A stretch of 64,000 nt of DNA. Origin: Enoplolaimus lenunculus. Lineage: Eukaryota. A program made the position numbers and the translations under genes. Position 1 is the first letter of the stretch. Each line of letters starts with the position of its first letter. Of this stretch, positions 23,106-37,117 are shown piece by piece. Under the pieces are notes generated by a model, which was not told the DNA's origin, did no database searches, and saw only the letters and a list, made by a program, of their open reading frames with translations. The stretch is from NCBI GenBank assembly GCA_030248215.1, contig JASANG010002125.1, positions 248,001 to 312,000 on the forward strand, written 5' to 3'.

Positions 23106-26100
23106 TATAAATATATACCTATATATACAGACGAAATGCATTAACTCTGAAACTCTGGTACGAAATAGTGTAAAAGCCAGCTGGAAAACGCTTGAGCTTG
23201 CCGATAGCTTACAAATTTTATTGTGAGCCCGGGTTATAATTGAACCAAATGGGCCATAAGTAAATTTAGTAAGATAATAATTTTGTCGGTTTTCTTGAAA
23301 GCGTACTGGAGTTAAGCCAATACGTAAAGTCATTGACTAAATTTGATATACTATCTGAATAACAGTTCAGGCGTACTGACCTTGGTCTAACTGAAATTGT
23401 AGACTCACGGTACCTTCTTAAATAACAAGTAAAAGTATAACCTTGTTTTTTGTTCACGTTTGGCGTTTATCTTTATTTGTTTGAAAACTTAAGTATTTTT
23501 TACTTAATAAGTCGGCGACAGCCGTTGTATCTTTAGTTTGTATTTCTGAAATGAATATGGCAATAATGGCTGTTGAGGATTTGGCTGTATGACAAAAATA
23601 AAATATCGCTTTTGAAACAGTATTCAAATAAGCGTTTAAGTTCAAACATACACAAGACTAATGGCTACCCATGCATGCGTAAATTCAATCTGTACCAACG
23701 TTAATGTCATCAATAAAACTTAAAAGTTACTTATTGCGTTATTAGTAAAAGAGTTCGTCTATGGGATTCCAAAAACTTTACTATATATGCAATGCTTTTA
23801 AGCTTTAGCGTTAACCGTTATTAGAGCTAATTTCATATTTGAAATATTCATAGAGCAAGTTACAAGCTAAAAAGATCCGATCGTTTCGTTGAAGAATTAT
23901 TTTAACAACTTAGATTGGTTGGGTAGTACGGGTGCTAAACATGGTCTGGCACAGCCAGGGGGGTAGCCAAGAATTCATTCCTGGAAAATATATCAACCAG
24001 CACGTTCCGTGAGAAATATAACTCCCTATCATGTTTTGTATGCTCCATGGTCACTAGTGAATCCAGATAGGACGCGGGGGTCGTACGTTCACTTTTCCAG
24101 TTAGAAATTTTTTTCCGATATGATAAGGTGTCTTACCTTACAATTTTTACTAGTAACAAAATTTCCTACATATATAGCATACAGTAAAAATTGAGTTTCA
24201 TTTAACTTTGTCAGCCTGCTCCTCTGTCAGAAATTACTGGATTAGTTACAAACGTATGGATAAACGGGTCTGATTACTGTTTAGGACTTCAATTTAGGTA
24301 TACATTTCCCACAGTTGATAAAACGTTTAGCAAGTTGTAACAGGGACTTTTTGACCAGTTGTACGATAAAAATGTCAACACTGTTTTAGAAATAAAAATA
24401 CTTTATTTTCTACTAAAAATATAATTTCCGTCCCGAAATCATGTCCTGGCTTTATAACATGTGTTTTGTGCCTGTCGTAAGTATGTAAGTCTAGGGGGAC
24501 AAAGGAGGTACTCAACCCGGCCAGAAAAATTGATGCTCCCTCTACAAAAGTTTCAACTCCGCTTGTAAGCCACATTAAAGCCCAGCATATGACCATCGTG
24601 GAATTGTTTTATTCACTAACAACAGGCGTAGGCAGAAGGAGTTTCTTCAGGTTCCAAATTCTCGTTTGGATTATTGTTCAGGGGTATTTACACTCAATAT
24701 TAGTTTGCAACACAAGGGTCTCGCTTCGAAATTTATCCCAAATGTAACCCACCCATTTCCAAATTCCTGGCTACGCCCATACCCCCTAGCATGTTGAGCT
24801 GGTCTCGGGCAAAGGCGTCCGCGCGAGGGGAGCGGGCATTGCGGAAGGAGTGCCCCTCCCCGAATTCGGCTGGTATCCGCCAAATAGGCCCGCGTCTAAA
24901 AGTAAGCCATGTTGAATTACAACTATAGGGGCCGCCAAAATTATTCCATGTCCGCCCCCCAAATATAACTTTCTGCGAACGCTCCTGGCTTCGGGTCTGG
25001 TCAGTCAGTCACAATAAATTTAGACATTTTTAACGGTGATTTTGCGTTGAGAATAGGAATCATTTAAGACACCAATATGTTGTAGAGATGTTAGCTTTTC
25101 AAAAGCTGTTGACAGGGTTAAACGCTCAAGCTATCTGTATGGCACCGTGGGTACCCAGGATTCAATATCGGTGGGTACAAGCGCATGTAAAGTGTTTTGC
25201 AAACCAACATAACGAGCGAGAACCATTAACGAACCTATTATCTATAGCAGGTAATATATGCTGAAGCGTGAAAAATGTGTTTTTTGTCGTCTGCGGAAAT
25301 TTTGTGCGATATATCCCTCCTTTTATACACCAAGGATACTAGTGAATGATGTCAAAATGGTCTGGTTCATGGCACCATAAGTGGCACAATGACGTTTACT
25401 AGAAGAGTATTTGATAATTACCAACAAGGATAAACAACTTCAATTTTTCTTACTTAGAGTTAGTGTCCAGGTTTAGGGGATATACATCACTGGACTAAAC
25501 CATGGGCGGTTACGATGATATATACATGTAGGAATATCCAGTTTCCTTTTTGTAAAAAACTCAAGTGAATTCTTCGGACAAGCTTCCTAAGAATATTTTG
25601 ACCCCACGAGCGTGCTAATCTATTAACTACAGGCTTGGGTCGATCTATAGAACAGGGCCGCAACAGTAGTATAAGCATATTCCTAACTCAAAACCGAAGC
25701 CGAAACCTAAGCTTAAACAGAGAAATTAGTTTAAAACCTAAGTTTACTCTTTCGCAGTGCCGCAGAAAGACGTTCCGCCCCTGATCGCTTCCTAGGACCA
25801 CATTTGGAACCAACCCGAAATTATAATACCAAATAACCTGTATACTCGAACAGGGACTACAATGTTTCAATAACGATTCATAGTTTTGAAAGTTTTAAAT
25901 TGGTTTCTAAACGAAAACAGAATTTTTAAAGAGGCGGATTTTAAAACTTTTTAGGCAAAATTTAGTCGAACAAACTACTCGTTCTAAGAATTGAATTGAG
26001 CCAATCAAACGCTGCTGTACCTCCCATCATTGTCTTGGTTCATATTCGTTTTTTCTTACATTTTAATCTATTAATTTTTAAGTCAATTGATCAACTCACT

Positions 26101-28580
26101 GAAATTTACAGTGTATATGTTTCGTATTAGACTGGTGTAACCCCTCTTTGCGGTGATATGATTAATTGCCCATTTGGAATAAATACTTACGAACTTCATG
26201 CAAAAGGAACTTGACCGTATAGGGTTGCAGAGCGTACCTTAATATCATTACGGTTGCCTTAATTGGTTTCAAATCAGCTATCACATGTGTGTTTCCAAGA
26301 ACCAACGCGTAAACGAGAAATTCTTAAAAATGAGTACAGCCCCAATCGTTTGTTTTAATGGCCAATAACAGAACCGTAACAGTTGTATAAGCATATTCCT
26401 AAGCCTATAGGCCTAAGCAACAAAAATTAGTCTAAAACTCAAGCTTACTCCATTGCAGTCCTGCACAACTACGTTCAGCACCTGATCTATACGTGGGCCG
26501 TATTAATGATTTATTTTTAAACAATAGATTTGTAGTTGAGAAAACGTGGAATTCTGAAAATTTTTAAAACTAAGTATATCTAAATTTTTGAGTACTGCTC
26601 ACGGTTGATCCAATGATAGCCGATAAACAGGTTACGAACGCTCAACCCGCTGAGCTTATACCCGTACCTACGTGCCACAATTTAACTTATAGGCTATCAA
26701 CAAGCATACTCTAAGCGCAACGCATAAGATACGTGCTGTAGCTAGGCAAGTTTAGCTTTCCTCTTTGGGTATGCCTCTTTGGAACCTTTAGTAATTTCAA
26801 CGGGCACAACACGTTTGACCAGAAACCAAGCTTAGCATCTAAAACTCTTGTTCGCTATCCAACCTGTCACGATCAATAATACTCGGTTCAGAAAATTAAA
26901 CGTATGACCTTTGAAACGATAATTCACTTTTAAAGTATTATTTCTTCGCGTTCGTTGCGTTTTGCATAATGAATAAATTTCTTTTCGCGCTCTTTGGCTT
27001 TTAACGGATGTCATGGTACTTTAGCGTTTTGTGTTCTTCGATTTTAGCCGCGCGTCATGTTTTGCTAATGATGTCAGTGTTGACATTTGGCAGTAAAGCC
27101 TACGGTTTTCTATGCCGACCACGGGAGTATCGCAGATTTTATTTCGACAAGGTATATTAAGCTTACACTAAAAGCCAGGATAATATTTTTGAGCTTTAGG
27201 AGTCAACAAGGTACCAATGGCAACGTGTTTATTTCGTTCCGTCCAGAATTTGTGGGCGCGGCTTGCTGTCAGCCGCAAATTGTCTGTTTTATTGTTCTGG
27301 GTTACCCTCATCTAAAAACCATAAAATCTTTGAGTTTCAATTTTAAAACCATTCGTAAATTAATGTCAGATTGCGGAAAAATTAGTTGGACCGCTTTTAG
27401 TTAATTGCTGAATTTTGAATTACCTGAACACGCATATATGCGTGTATATACAAACATATATATGTATACATATGTATATATATAGATATATATTTATATA
27501 TATATGCATATATAACTATATATACGTATATATGCCGTTAAATTCGATTTAAACTTGAAGAAATGCTCTTGTACACTTCCCCACATTTACGAACAGGCTT
27601 AGGCTTAGGTGTAGACTTAAGCTTAAAAAATGGTAACCTACAAAGCCGCTTCCTTAGCCTTCTATAGGCGGACACTAAAACAAGAGCAGTGGGCACGCAT
27701 AATCGGTACTTTTTACTCTCTATCCAATTCTTCTAGGCTACGCACCGGAAAACATATGACGTCGATTGGCAAAACAAACCTTACTTTGATTTTCATTGAC
27801 ACAATTATCCTGTTTCAAAATCTTAAACAAACATTCGAACGTCAGACTGAAAATAACTAAAACATATGATTTTTGACGGAACATCAGTTTGCCAGCTTAA
27901 ATTAAAGACGAGGTTAACTGATGGTTTGAACCGGTCCAGTAAATAGGTTAAACCAGTAAACGTGGCTATTTTTGAGACGGCCTGAAGGCCGTCTCTTATA
28001 AAATGAAAAACTTCCGAGGTACCGATTTTACAATCATTTTTCCTGGAATATTTGGTTGTGTAGCAATTTTTTTGGTTTTTGGCTTAGCTATCTTAATGTC
28101 AATTTTCTACCGATTCTTAGCGAAAAAATGGAGCTAAAATTTTAGTTTCACAGGAAAAGCCCCCTCTGTCTTACTGCAGGATCGGCCCAGCATTTGCAAT
28201 TTCTATTTTTAATTTCCCTGCATTAAAAGGAAAGATTCATTTGCATATTTAATATTCAATAGGTATACATGTTCGTGTTGTGTAACATGCAAACAAAGAC
28301 AAGGTACTTTAGCTGAAGTTATGTATGTATAAGCAAATACAGAATTTTGATAGCAAGCGGCGCCATGGCGCAATCGGTTGGCAAGTTGATTTGCGGCGAC
28401 ACTCATTAATTGGCGTTTGGTCCTGGTTCGATTGTCGCCTGAGGCTTTGTTTTTCCAAATTTCCGCAAATGGCACACGACAACATTATCGATACTTTTTT
28501 GCCAAACTTATGGCTCTGATCTATGAGATATCGGGCTACGAAATCTGGCTAGACTAGTTGTCCGGGCATCCAATGTCAGC

Positions 28581-28756
28581 TTACTTCTTGTAGTTTTTAA
28601 AACTGGCTTAGGCTTAGGCTTAGGCTTAGGCTTAGGCTGAGGCTTAGGCTTAGGCTCAACTTCTTGTAGGTTTATAAAACTGGCATAGGCTTAGGCTTAT
28701 GCTTAGGCTTAGGTTTAGGCTTAGGCTTTACTTCTTGTAGTTTTTTACAACTGGCA
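28581..28756 (+). repeat. Higher-order repeat of (TTAGGC)n blocks separated by a ~24-bp spacer
   Basis: ACTTCTTGTAG(T/G)TTT..AA(A/C)AACTGGC occurs three times, separated by TTAGGC runs. Confidence 0.85.
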
Positions 28757-29065
28757 TTTCTCAATCATTATTATGATTCTGTGCTTGTCCATCCTTTTAC
28801 TCGTATGAAAGAGGCTGAAAACATAAGGATCCCATCTAACTGAATTCTTCATCCGTTTAAATTTCTCCCGACACTGCTCACAGTATAATTCCTTTTCCGT
28901 TGATTCCTTTTTAAAGGTGTCATTTTCACAACCGCTACCATGAGTAGCTATCAACTAATGTTAAAGGTAAAGAAAGCCTAAATGCGCAGATTTCATAAGA
29001 AGAACGCTTTGTTAACGATTTTCTGACAATACTTTGCAAATTATTGTTAACATTTGCTTGTTATA

Positions 29066-29073
29066 CATTATTA

Positions 29074-29119
<46 letters not shown>

Positions 29120-29370
29120 GCCAAGTTTTGCTTCATCTCTGGTTTCACCTTACACTTTATATCGCGCAGTGTTTCACCTCTCCTCTTGAAAAATGGCATT
29201 TTGATACTTGCAAATCACTTTATATATTATTCAGGTGGGTACCCCGTCTCCTTGAGATGACCCTTTTAGAGGCTGCTTGTTCTACATTCATGCAGGATAT
29301 TACGAGGTGTTAATATATATCTCCTATGTGTCCACAGTTTTCTAACCACATTCGGTGTATATATATTTAT
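29066..29370 (-). mobile_element. Possible decayed non-LTR (RTE-like) 3' end with a (TAA)n tail
   Basis: The minus strand ends in about 17 TAA units; the upstream frames are broken and only weakly RTE-like. Confidence 0.25.
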
Positions 29371-30888
29371 TTTCTTGGTCAGACCCGCAACTAATGGCCA
29401 GTAAGAGGGGGTGCCACTCTTCTCCCCTCTCCAAATGGCTTCGTCCTCGTCCCATCCGGCCGAAAATTTGTTCAATTACATGAAAACCAATTTTGTATTA
29501 GGAAAATTTTTCTTGCCAGTCCGGAAATCTTCTAGCCTACTTTAGCAAGAATATATGGTTGCGATATCAGTTTATACTGCAAGCAAATAAACGATACTTT
29601 CACTTCCATACCTTTAGCCAGTCCCGTAGTCAGCTCACGTTGCTCGGCGTTCTGGAAATTTTTCAGGAGGGCATACAAGGGTTTTCGTTGACTTACAAGC
29701 AAGTTTTAAAATTTTCTAGGGAGGGCAAAATTTTTCCAGCGGGGCTGACCCGCCTGGCTTTCCATGGCTACGGTCCCGTCCTCAGTCGCAGTTTACGTAC
29801 GACTAATTTCATTGCTAGACGTCACAAACCTACTATCAGTAGTATTATTCATGCGTAAAGCGGTTGGTATTTCTGATCAAAACAATGACATTTATACATT
29901 GAGCATGACATTTATCACATGGCTTAAAACGCGTCCTATTTATACGCCGCACGGTTAAATTAGCACATTTTGACGGACACTAAAGCAAGCCGACATCGTT
30001 TGTGCGCGCTTAACCGTTTTGGCGCGTTTTTCTCTATTATTTCTACTAGCTATGTCGTCTAAATTTCATTTAGTTCACGTCTTAGGCGTAATTATTGCTC
30101 GTGATGATTAAAACGACGTAAAGATTAAAGTTTCCGGGTTGAACATATATTGTAGAAGTGAATACAGAAGAGATGTACGATTTTATGTGCCTGGGTGCGA
30201 TTAGACAATGAAATTTTTGGGATTTTTTCAATATTGACTACGTATACGATTAGGATAACCTTTTCTATAATGGCTATGAGTACGTAGACGCTCAATATAA
30301 GCTGAATCAACAGTATTTTAAGCATATTCCTGGGACTAAGCCTAAGCCCAGGCCTAAGCACAAGAATTAGCATGTTCCTAAGCCTAAGCCTATGCTAAGC
30401 AAAAAAAATTAGTGTAAAGCTTAAGCTTTACTCTATTGCAGTCCCACAGAAAAACGTTCGGCCCCTGATCTTTACATGGACCGGTTTATTTATAACAAAT
30501 TTGAAATATGTTACGATTTCACCAAAATGCTGCAAAGACGGTTCGGATCAATTATACATTTTCGGATGGGTGTCTCAATAAAAGTTGGAGTCTTAGATCA
30601 ATGGAGGGAATAGTGAAAATGACCGGTGGTCTTAGTCAATTTACCTATATACCGGATAATCGCCCAACAACAGTGTAATTGACGTCATTGTAGGCAGTTC
30701 AAATATTGTCTAAGGCAAATTTAGATTTTAGAAACTTAATTAAACAAGTGTTCTGTATCACTTTGATCTGTGAGAAAACTTATTGCGATCAGGTTTTGCA
30801 GAATTTCTCAAAATACTCGATTCTCATTTCAGTCGCAATGGCCATGTTTTTAATTATATTAATTTCGTTCTTTGCGATGTGGTATTAA

Positions 30889-31115
30889 CCTTTTCTTATA
30901 TGAATATTTTCAATTTCATCTGAGAGGTAATTTCAAGGTAAGATTCGAACCTATAAAAGTCTCGGGGAAGGCGTTTACTGTTACCAGTGAGCTAAAGTGG
31001 TTGACGTTCGAGTCCGAGGGTACTCTCCCTGTCTAGTAGAGATTTTACACCGGGTGTATATGTAAGAATTGTTAAACACTGCACACTCTGTGTATTGTTC
31101 GTATACTATTTGTAT
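30889..31115 (-). mobile_element. Degenerate copy of the tRNA-cassette piggyBac-like MITE (subfamily 2)
   Basis: TTAA followed by CCTTTTCTTATATGAATATTTT, AGATTCGAAC and TAGAGATTTTACAC; homologous to the 32050-32646 copy. Confidence 0.55.
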
Positions 31116-32049
31116 TTCACGGTTCATAGTGAAAGGTTCAAAGATACACGCGATACGTGCATATTCTTTCAAACTCAAAAATACGTACCTGAGTTGTTGT
31201 AGGAATGTCATTTTCCATTCATGATAGAAATGGAAATTAGGCAAACTTGAAAAATTAATTAACCCTGAACCTTGTGTTGCAAAAGCGTGGAATGGCACCA
31301 AGTTTTCAGTTAGTTTTGCTATGCGCACGGCCAGAGCAACCACCTCCTATACCTCCCCCCATTTGGAGGGGCCCTCATCCTCTATAAGGGCCGCAACCCT
31401 AACCGGTTGAAACAAAAACCGCTTAAGTTTTAAAATGCGTCTGGCTTCTCGCTCGCGAGTTTGGGGGGCGCCGTCCTGGAATTTGGCGAGAGTCTCCACC
31501 CCTGTCTGCTCCGACACTGTCTGTGTGTATATTTTCATTAGTGAACTAATGATATGTGGTACAGCTCAACGTATATTTGATAAATTACACTTTTAACTAT
31601 ATTACAGTTATTGATCGGGCCCGTAGCCAAAGGAAAAACGAGGACAGGGGAGCTCAGCCCGCTGGAAACAATTTTGGGCCCCAAAAAATTTTCAACCTCT
31701 GCTTGTAAGTCAACGAAAACCCTTGTATGAATTCCCTGAGTACTTTTAAGCTCCCCTATGAAAGTGAGCTGGCTACGGAGCTGTATTAGTCATTCTATTG
31801 CTATAGAAGAAAGGGTTGAAATAATAAGTAAACGGTAATAGATTAAGCGGAAAGTATGAATGTATAATTCAGTGTTTAAATTAAAGTAAAGTAAACGACC
31901 TTAATGTTAGGTGGTCTATTGCTTACAGCTTCGAAACTGTTTTATCAACCTTTTCTTAATAATGAGAGGTTTTGAACTTTTTGGGTACATAAGTATTTTC
32001 TTTTAATATTTTTACAATACAGCTGTGCTTTGGTTAATCATTTAACTCA

Positions 32050-32646
32050 TAGAGTATACTATGAGCAACTAAACACAATAATGTACGAGCAATACACACA
32101 CTCTGATCAGTGTTTAACATTTAAAACTTATATACGCAGTGTAAAATCTCCACAAGACGTGAGAGCACCCTCGGGCTCGAGCGTCAAGCTCCTATAGTGT
32201 AAAATCTCCACAAGACGTGTGAACACCCTCGGGCTCGAGCGTCAAGCTCCTATAGCGTAAAATCTTCACGTGAGAGCCCCCTCGGGCTCGAGCGTCAAGC
32301 TCCTATAGTGTAAAATCTCCACAAGACGTGTGAGCACCCTCGAGCTCGAGCGTCAAGCTCCTATAGCGTAAAATCTTCACGTGAGAGCCCCCTCGGGCTC
32401 GAGCGTCAAGCTCCTATAGTGTAAAATCTTCAGAAGACGTGAGAGCCCCCTCGGGCTCGAGCGTCAAGCTCCTATAGTGTAAAATCTCCACAAGACGTGA
32501 GAGCCTCCTCGGGCTCGAGCGTCAAGCTCCTATAGCTCAGTGGTCATCGTAAACGCCTCCCACCCGTGAGACTGCAGTTTGAATCTCACCTTGAAATTAC
32601 ATCTCATGTGAAATTGCAAATATATATATAATCATGTGAGAAAGGG
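32050..32646 (+). mobile_element. piggyBac-like MITE (subfamily 2) with an internal 7-unit tandem array; left boundary approximate
   Basis: Right end CATGTGAGAAAGGG followed by TTAA; tRNA-like segment TATAGCTCAGTGGT...CGCCTCCCACCCGTGAGAC...GTTTGAATC; array at 32139-32533. Confidence 0.7.
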
Positions 32647-34743
32647 TTAAACGTTTGTTACTTTATCAATATTTTCGGTATTACCAAATATTTTGGCGTC
32701 ATGCTAGGATCTAACGCAGCTTCTAGGCCAAGGGGCGTTATATTTTAAAGCAAACGGTATTTCTGCAAGTACGATAACGTATTCTCACTTCATCCAATCG
32801 TGAGTTCTCAGGCTCGTGTTAACTATAAGGTCCTGCCGACTAAGTCTACAGAGCCTAAGCCTAAACATATACTTCACCGTATAGGCTAACTATAAGCCAA
32901 AACCACAGCCTTCAAGTCTCTTAGTCCCCAAGCCTCCAGGTTAACTTTAAGCCAAAGCCCACCCATCAAGTCTCTTAGTCCTCCAGGCTACTTTTAAGCC
33001 GAAGCCCACCCAACAAGTCTCTAAGTCCTCCGGCCTCCAGGCCAACTACCAGCCAAAGTCCCTGCATTCAAGTCTCTATGTCCCACAGACTCCCTGTCTC
33101 CAAACGGTTAGGTATAGCCCAAGGCTATCACGAGGTCATTTTGAAAATGACCTCGTGATAACCTTGGGCTATGGCATATTTTGTGGCACCGTTGACAAAA
33201 TTACCGTGAACGGCGCATAAACACAAAACAAGATTTTGAATGTTGTTGTTTTTAAAAGGTTTAAAATCGAAGAAGTTTACACAGACTTTATTGAATAAAA
33301 GTCGATAAATAATAGCTATTTTGGTCAAACTCATTTTTGTTATCTTTTGACAGTTTGACGCAAATAAAAACATTAATTGTTTATGACATCGAGTCTTTAT
33401 CTTAAAAGCTAAAAGTTCGCGAAATACCAATATCCATCGCCAGTCGCTGTGATGCTTGTAACTGCTTTAAAATTAGGTTTATTATCGTCTGAAACAGTTG
33501 TCGAACGTCCACTCTTTTCGCTGTGACCATTTATAGTTTGACAATGGTTAACCTTTTTTGTATGAATATTTTCAATTTCATCTGAGATTTATTTTTAAGC
33601 TGAAAATTAACACACTCAGTGTGCAAGTTTCGCCCGTGTGACCACCGTATGATTTCGCAGAAAGAAACTTGTTGATCACACAAGCGGCACTTTTGAGTAG
33701 AAACTTGCTCTGATGCTGCTGACAGGGATGCTGTTCTACGTTGTTGTTTTACAAGGTTGCTTCAACAAATTTCGAGCCTTTTTCACATCAATACCTTCAA
33801 TTTAATCTTATTACTCTTATTTTTAATTTTAATGTTGGGTTTAAATTGAAAGGTTGCGCTATACTCACCGCCCGCTGCCGAAAGTTGCCGCGTGCTGGCA
33901 CGGGTTACAATACATTTTTTATTAAAATTTGCTGCACGCCACCCAATAGGCTTTGCCTATATTTTTGTTAGCAACGCACAGCGGCGTGCGGCAACTCGCA
34001 GCGGCGTCCTGCGGCACGCGGCGGCCTCCAGCGGCGTGCAGAAAAGTACAGTATGGCACATCTCTAAGACTCCATATACTGCGGAAACTTGCTTACTTTC
34101 ACCGCTCGACAGTAAAGAGCTTAATTAGGGTTGATTAAAAACGACATTAGAATGCAAGAAATTAAATCTGATGCTTGTGACCAGCACAGAAGAACAGGGG
34201 TGACTGGTGAGTCTTTGTCAGTCAACACCCATAGAAAAATACAGCAGTGTCGCTGACAACAATAAAACCCAACCAAAACTAAAGTTTCGTATTTCATTTG
34301 AAACATTTAATGCAAAAAATGCACTGATTTGTCGATTCCGAGGTTTCTTAAACTATTCTGCTTTGCTACTCGCTAATGATCAGTGCCGGTGGAAGCGCTC
34401 CCCAAATCCCCTGATGGGGCGGGCCCGTCCCTTGGGAGGCCCATTTTGGCAAGCTAGAATTTTTTTCGAGGACCTCAAAGTTGTAAATCTGTGTAACATT
34501 TTAGGCGGCGGCCCCATCGGACCTGTTTGGGGGGGGGGGTCCCGACTCTCCTAACCCCGGCAATGTCAATGATGAGATTTGTTGCCGGATTTGATGGCCC
34601 CTGTGTTATTTTCTTAGCTGCTGCCCAACTCTTTCAAACCGGACATCCGGACAAAAAAATCGTCTTGGCGTCCCTGTTTCAAAATAACATGAGAGCAAAG
34701 CGTTGAGTTGCAGGAATAAATTCCTAAACAAAAGGTTCTGGTT

Positions 34744-34913
34744 CAGGCCCGTAGCCAGCTCGCTTTGCTAGCGGGCGCTAAAAATTTTTCAGGAGGGGCA
34801 TTCAAGGGTTTTCAATGAGTTACAAGCAAGGTTGAAAAGTTTCTAGGGAGGCCCAAAATTTTCCAGGGGGGGGGGGGCTGAGCCCCCCTGGCCTTCCCTT
34901 TGCTACGGGCCCG
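34744..34913 (-). mobile_element. hAT-like MITE, family C
   Basis: CAGGCCCGTAGC ... GCTACGGGCCCG; perfect 8-bp TSD TTCTGGTT. Confidence 0.85.
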
Positions 34914-35024
34914 TTCTGGTTGGAAAAATGCCACACCGCCTCAAACCTTGTATATTTCGTGTTACTACCTTTTTTCTACAAAAATTTTCCCGTCTTGTCA
35001 ACAGTGTTCACAATGATTTTGCAG

Positions 35025-35097
35025 CAAAGATTTAAGCAAAAACAATACGTTTGTCGGGGCAGTAAATGCATTGAACAGTTGGAAAACAATATTTTTG
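35025..35097 (+). CDS. Candidate internal exon (QRFKQKQYVCRGSKCIEQLENNIF) that could bridge 21808 to the acceptor at 37112
   Basis: ttttgcag acceptor and gtgaaa donor; phase 0 in and phase 1 out, exactly what is needed. Could be coincidence. Confidence 0.3.
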
Positions 35098-35933
35098 GTG
35101 AAAAAAATATATATGTCGGTGATTCATTTTTCTAGGTGTCGTTGAGATAAGATATACATGGACTCGTAACGAAAGGGAGCCAGGAGGTCTCAGTCACCCT
35201 AGAAGGATTTTGGCACCCCCAGAACATTTTTAATTTTGCTTGTAAGTCTTGGAAAACTTGTATGCCCCTGCTGAAAATTTTTAGCCTCCTTGCAAGGTGA
35301 TTTGACGGTCTTCGAAAACTCTTGTATGCCCCTGCTGAAAATTTTTTAGCCCCGTGGCAAGGTGAGCTCACGATGCTTAAAATTTTTTAGCCCCCTAGCA
35401 AGGCGAGCTGACGATGAACAGAGGCGTAACCGGGAATTAAGTTTGAGTAAATGTAAACTCATTTAATAAATTTGGTCTCAAACATAGCAGTCGCAAAAAC
35501 AGTTTATTGACTCTTTAATTCAGCAGGTTATTGTATACCGTATAAAAGTGCATTCTTTCGTTTCTTTGTAAATTTGAAAAAATATCGCCCCCAAGAAAAT
35601 TTTCAACCTTGCTTGTAAGTCAGCGAACACCCTTATTAAGCCCCTCCTGAAAAATTATTAGCACCACTCTAGCGAGATGAGCTGGTGGCTACGGGCTTGT
35701 TTCGGGGACGGAAATATATTCTGTATCCTTTCTCTTATGACACTTATAGGATAAGTGTTTGTCAAAGACGATTCCTGTACATTTTGAGTATTAATAATTT
35801 TAAATCAAAATGGTTTGAATTCTAAGCTTTGCAGAGCTGTGATTTTTTTAATTTGTGAGGACGAATGTATTCTTGTGGCTATATGCTATACGCTTATCTT
35901 GTTTATTTTCGAATTAATACTTATATATCTGTA

Positions 35934-36142
35934 CACTACAAAAAATGGTGAGTCAAACTGACTCCCTCCGAAGTAGGTTCTATGGCAGTACACAAACTGA
36001 GTAGAATTCGACTCCGCCAGAGTCAAACGTGCGACTCAGGGAGTCGAATTTGAATTTGGCGGAGTCGAATTTGACTCAGTTTGTGTAGTCCCGGAGAGCC
36101 TATTTCGGAGAGAGTCAATTTGAGTCGTCATTTCTTGCAATG
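35934..36142. mobile_element. Family E MITE
   Basis: Same TIRs; TA flanks. Confidence 0.8.
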
Positions 36143-36523
36143 TACAAATTAGATGTATACATTAACATAAATTGCAATTGGTTATTAATTTATCGATATG
36201 CTTTTTTAACTTATGCCGATGGTATTTGTCAGTCTAAAACTTAACAGTATATTTCCACATTGAACAAGGTAAAATGTAACTTTTTTTCGCAGCTGAACAA
36301 AAATGTTGTCCTTATCTGAAATGAATTTTGGCATAGTGTCCATAATCTCAAATGTGTGTAGCACGCATCACCAACTGCTAGTAGCAGCATCAGCACTAGC
36401 GGACCTAGAGTTTGAGTACGCTCCACGTCAGCAAATTTTTGGTGAATTACATTAAAGTTTCTATAAAACACACATTTTTGATTCTAGTGTGTGGCGATAT
36501 TTACGCACCTTCTAGTACCCCTA

Positions 36524-36732
36524 CACTGCAAAAAATGGTGAGTCAAATTGACTCTCTACGAAATAGGCTCTACGGGACTACACAAACTGAGTCAAATTCG
36601 ACTCCACCAGAGTCAAATTCGACTCACTAAATCGCACGTTTGACTCCGGCGGAGTGGAATTTGGCTCAGTTTGTGTAGTCCCGTAGAGCCTATTTCGGAG
36701 AGAGTCAATTTGACTCACCATTTTTTGCAGTG
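36524..36732. mobile_element. Family E MITE
   Basis: Near-perfect long TIRs; TA flanks. Confidence 0.85.
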
Positions 36733-37117
36733 TAAGGAACCCTATCCCATATGATTTTAAGTCATTTTCAACGTATCATCAGACCTGTTTACAAGAAAAT
36801 CTTCAAAGTGTAACGACACCTTTTTTGCCAAACCCGCCCTTGAGGTATTGTTCCGTATACATGTCCGACGAGGCAAATTCTATTTCATATTTTTCGACCA
36901 TTGCTGAAACCATTTAATACTTTTGTGCTACGCTTCTCGTTCGCTTCGCTCGCGATATTGTTTTCAACTTCAAAATACGAACATACCAGACAATATATAG
37001 GGCCAGATTGAAGCCATACATATCACATTCAATGCAACCTTGTATTACGAAGTAAAACAAAACACAATAGCTTCTGGTTCCATAACTTTTGTTTCCTTAT
37101 TCCAAATTTCAGACAGA

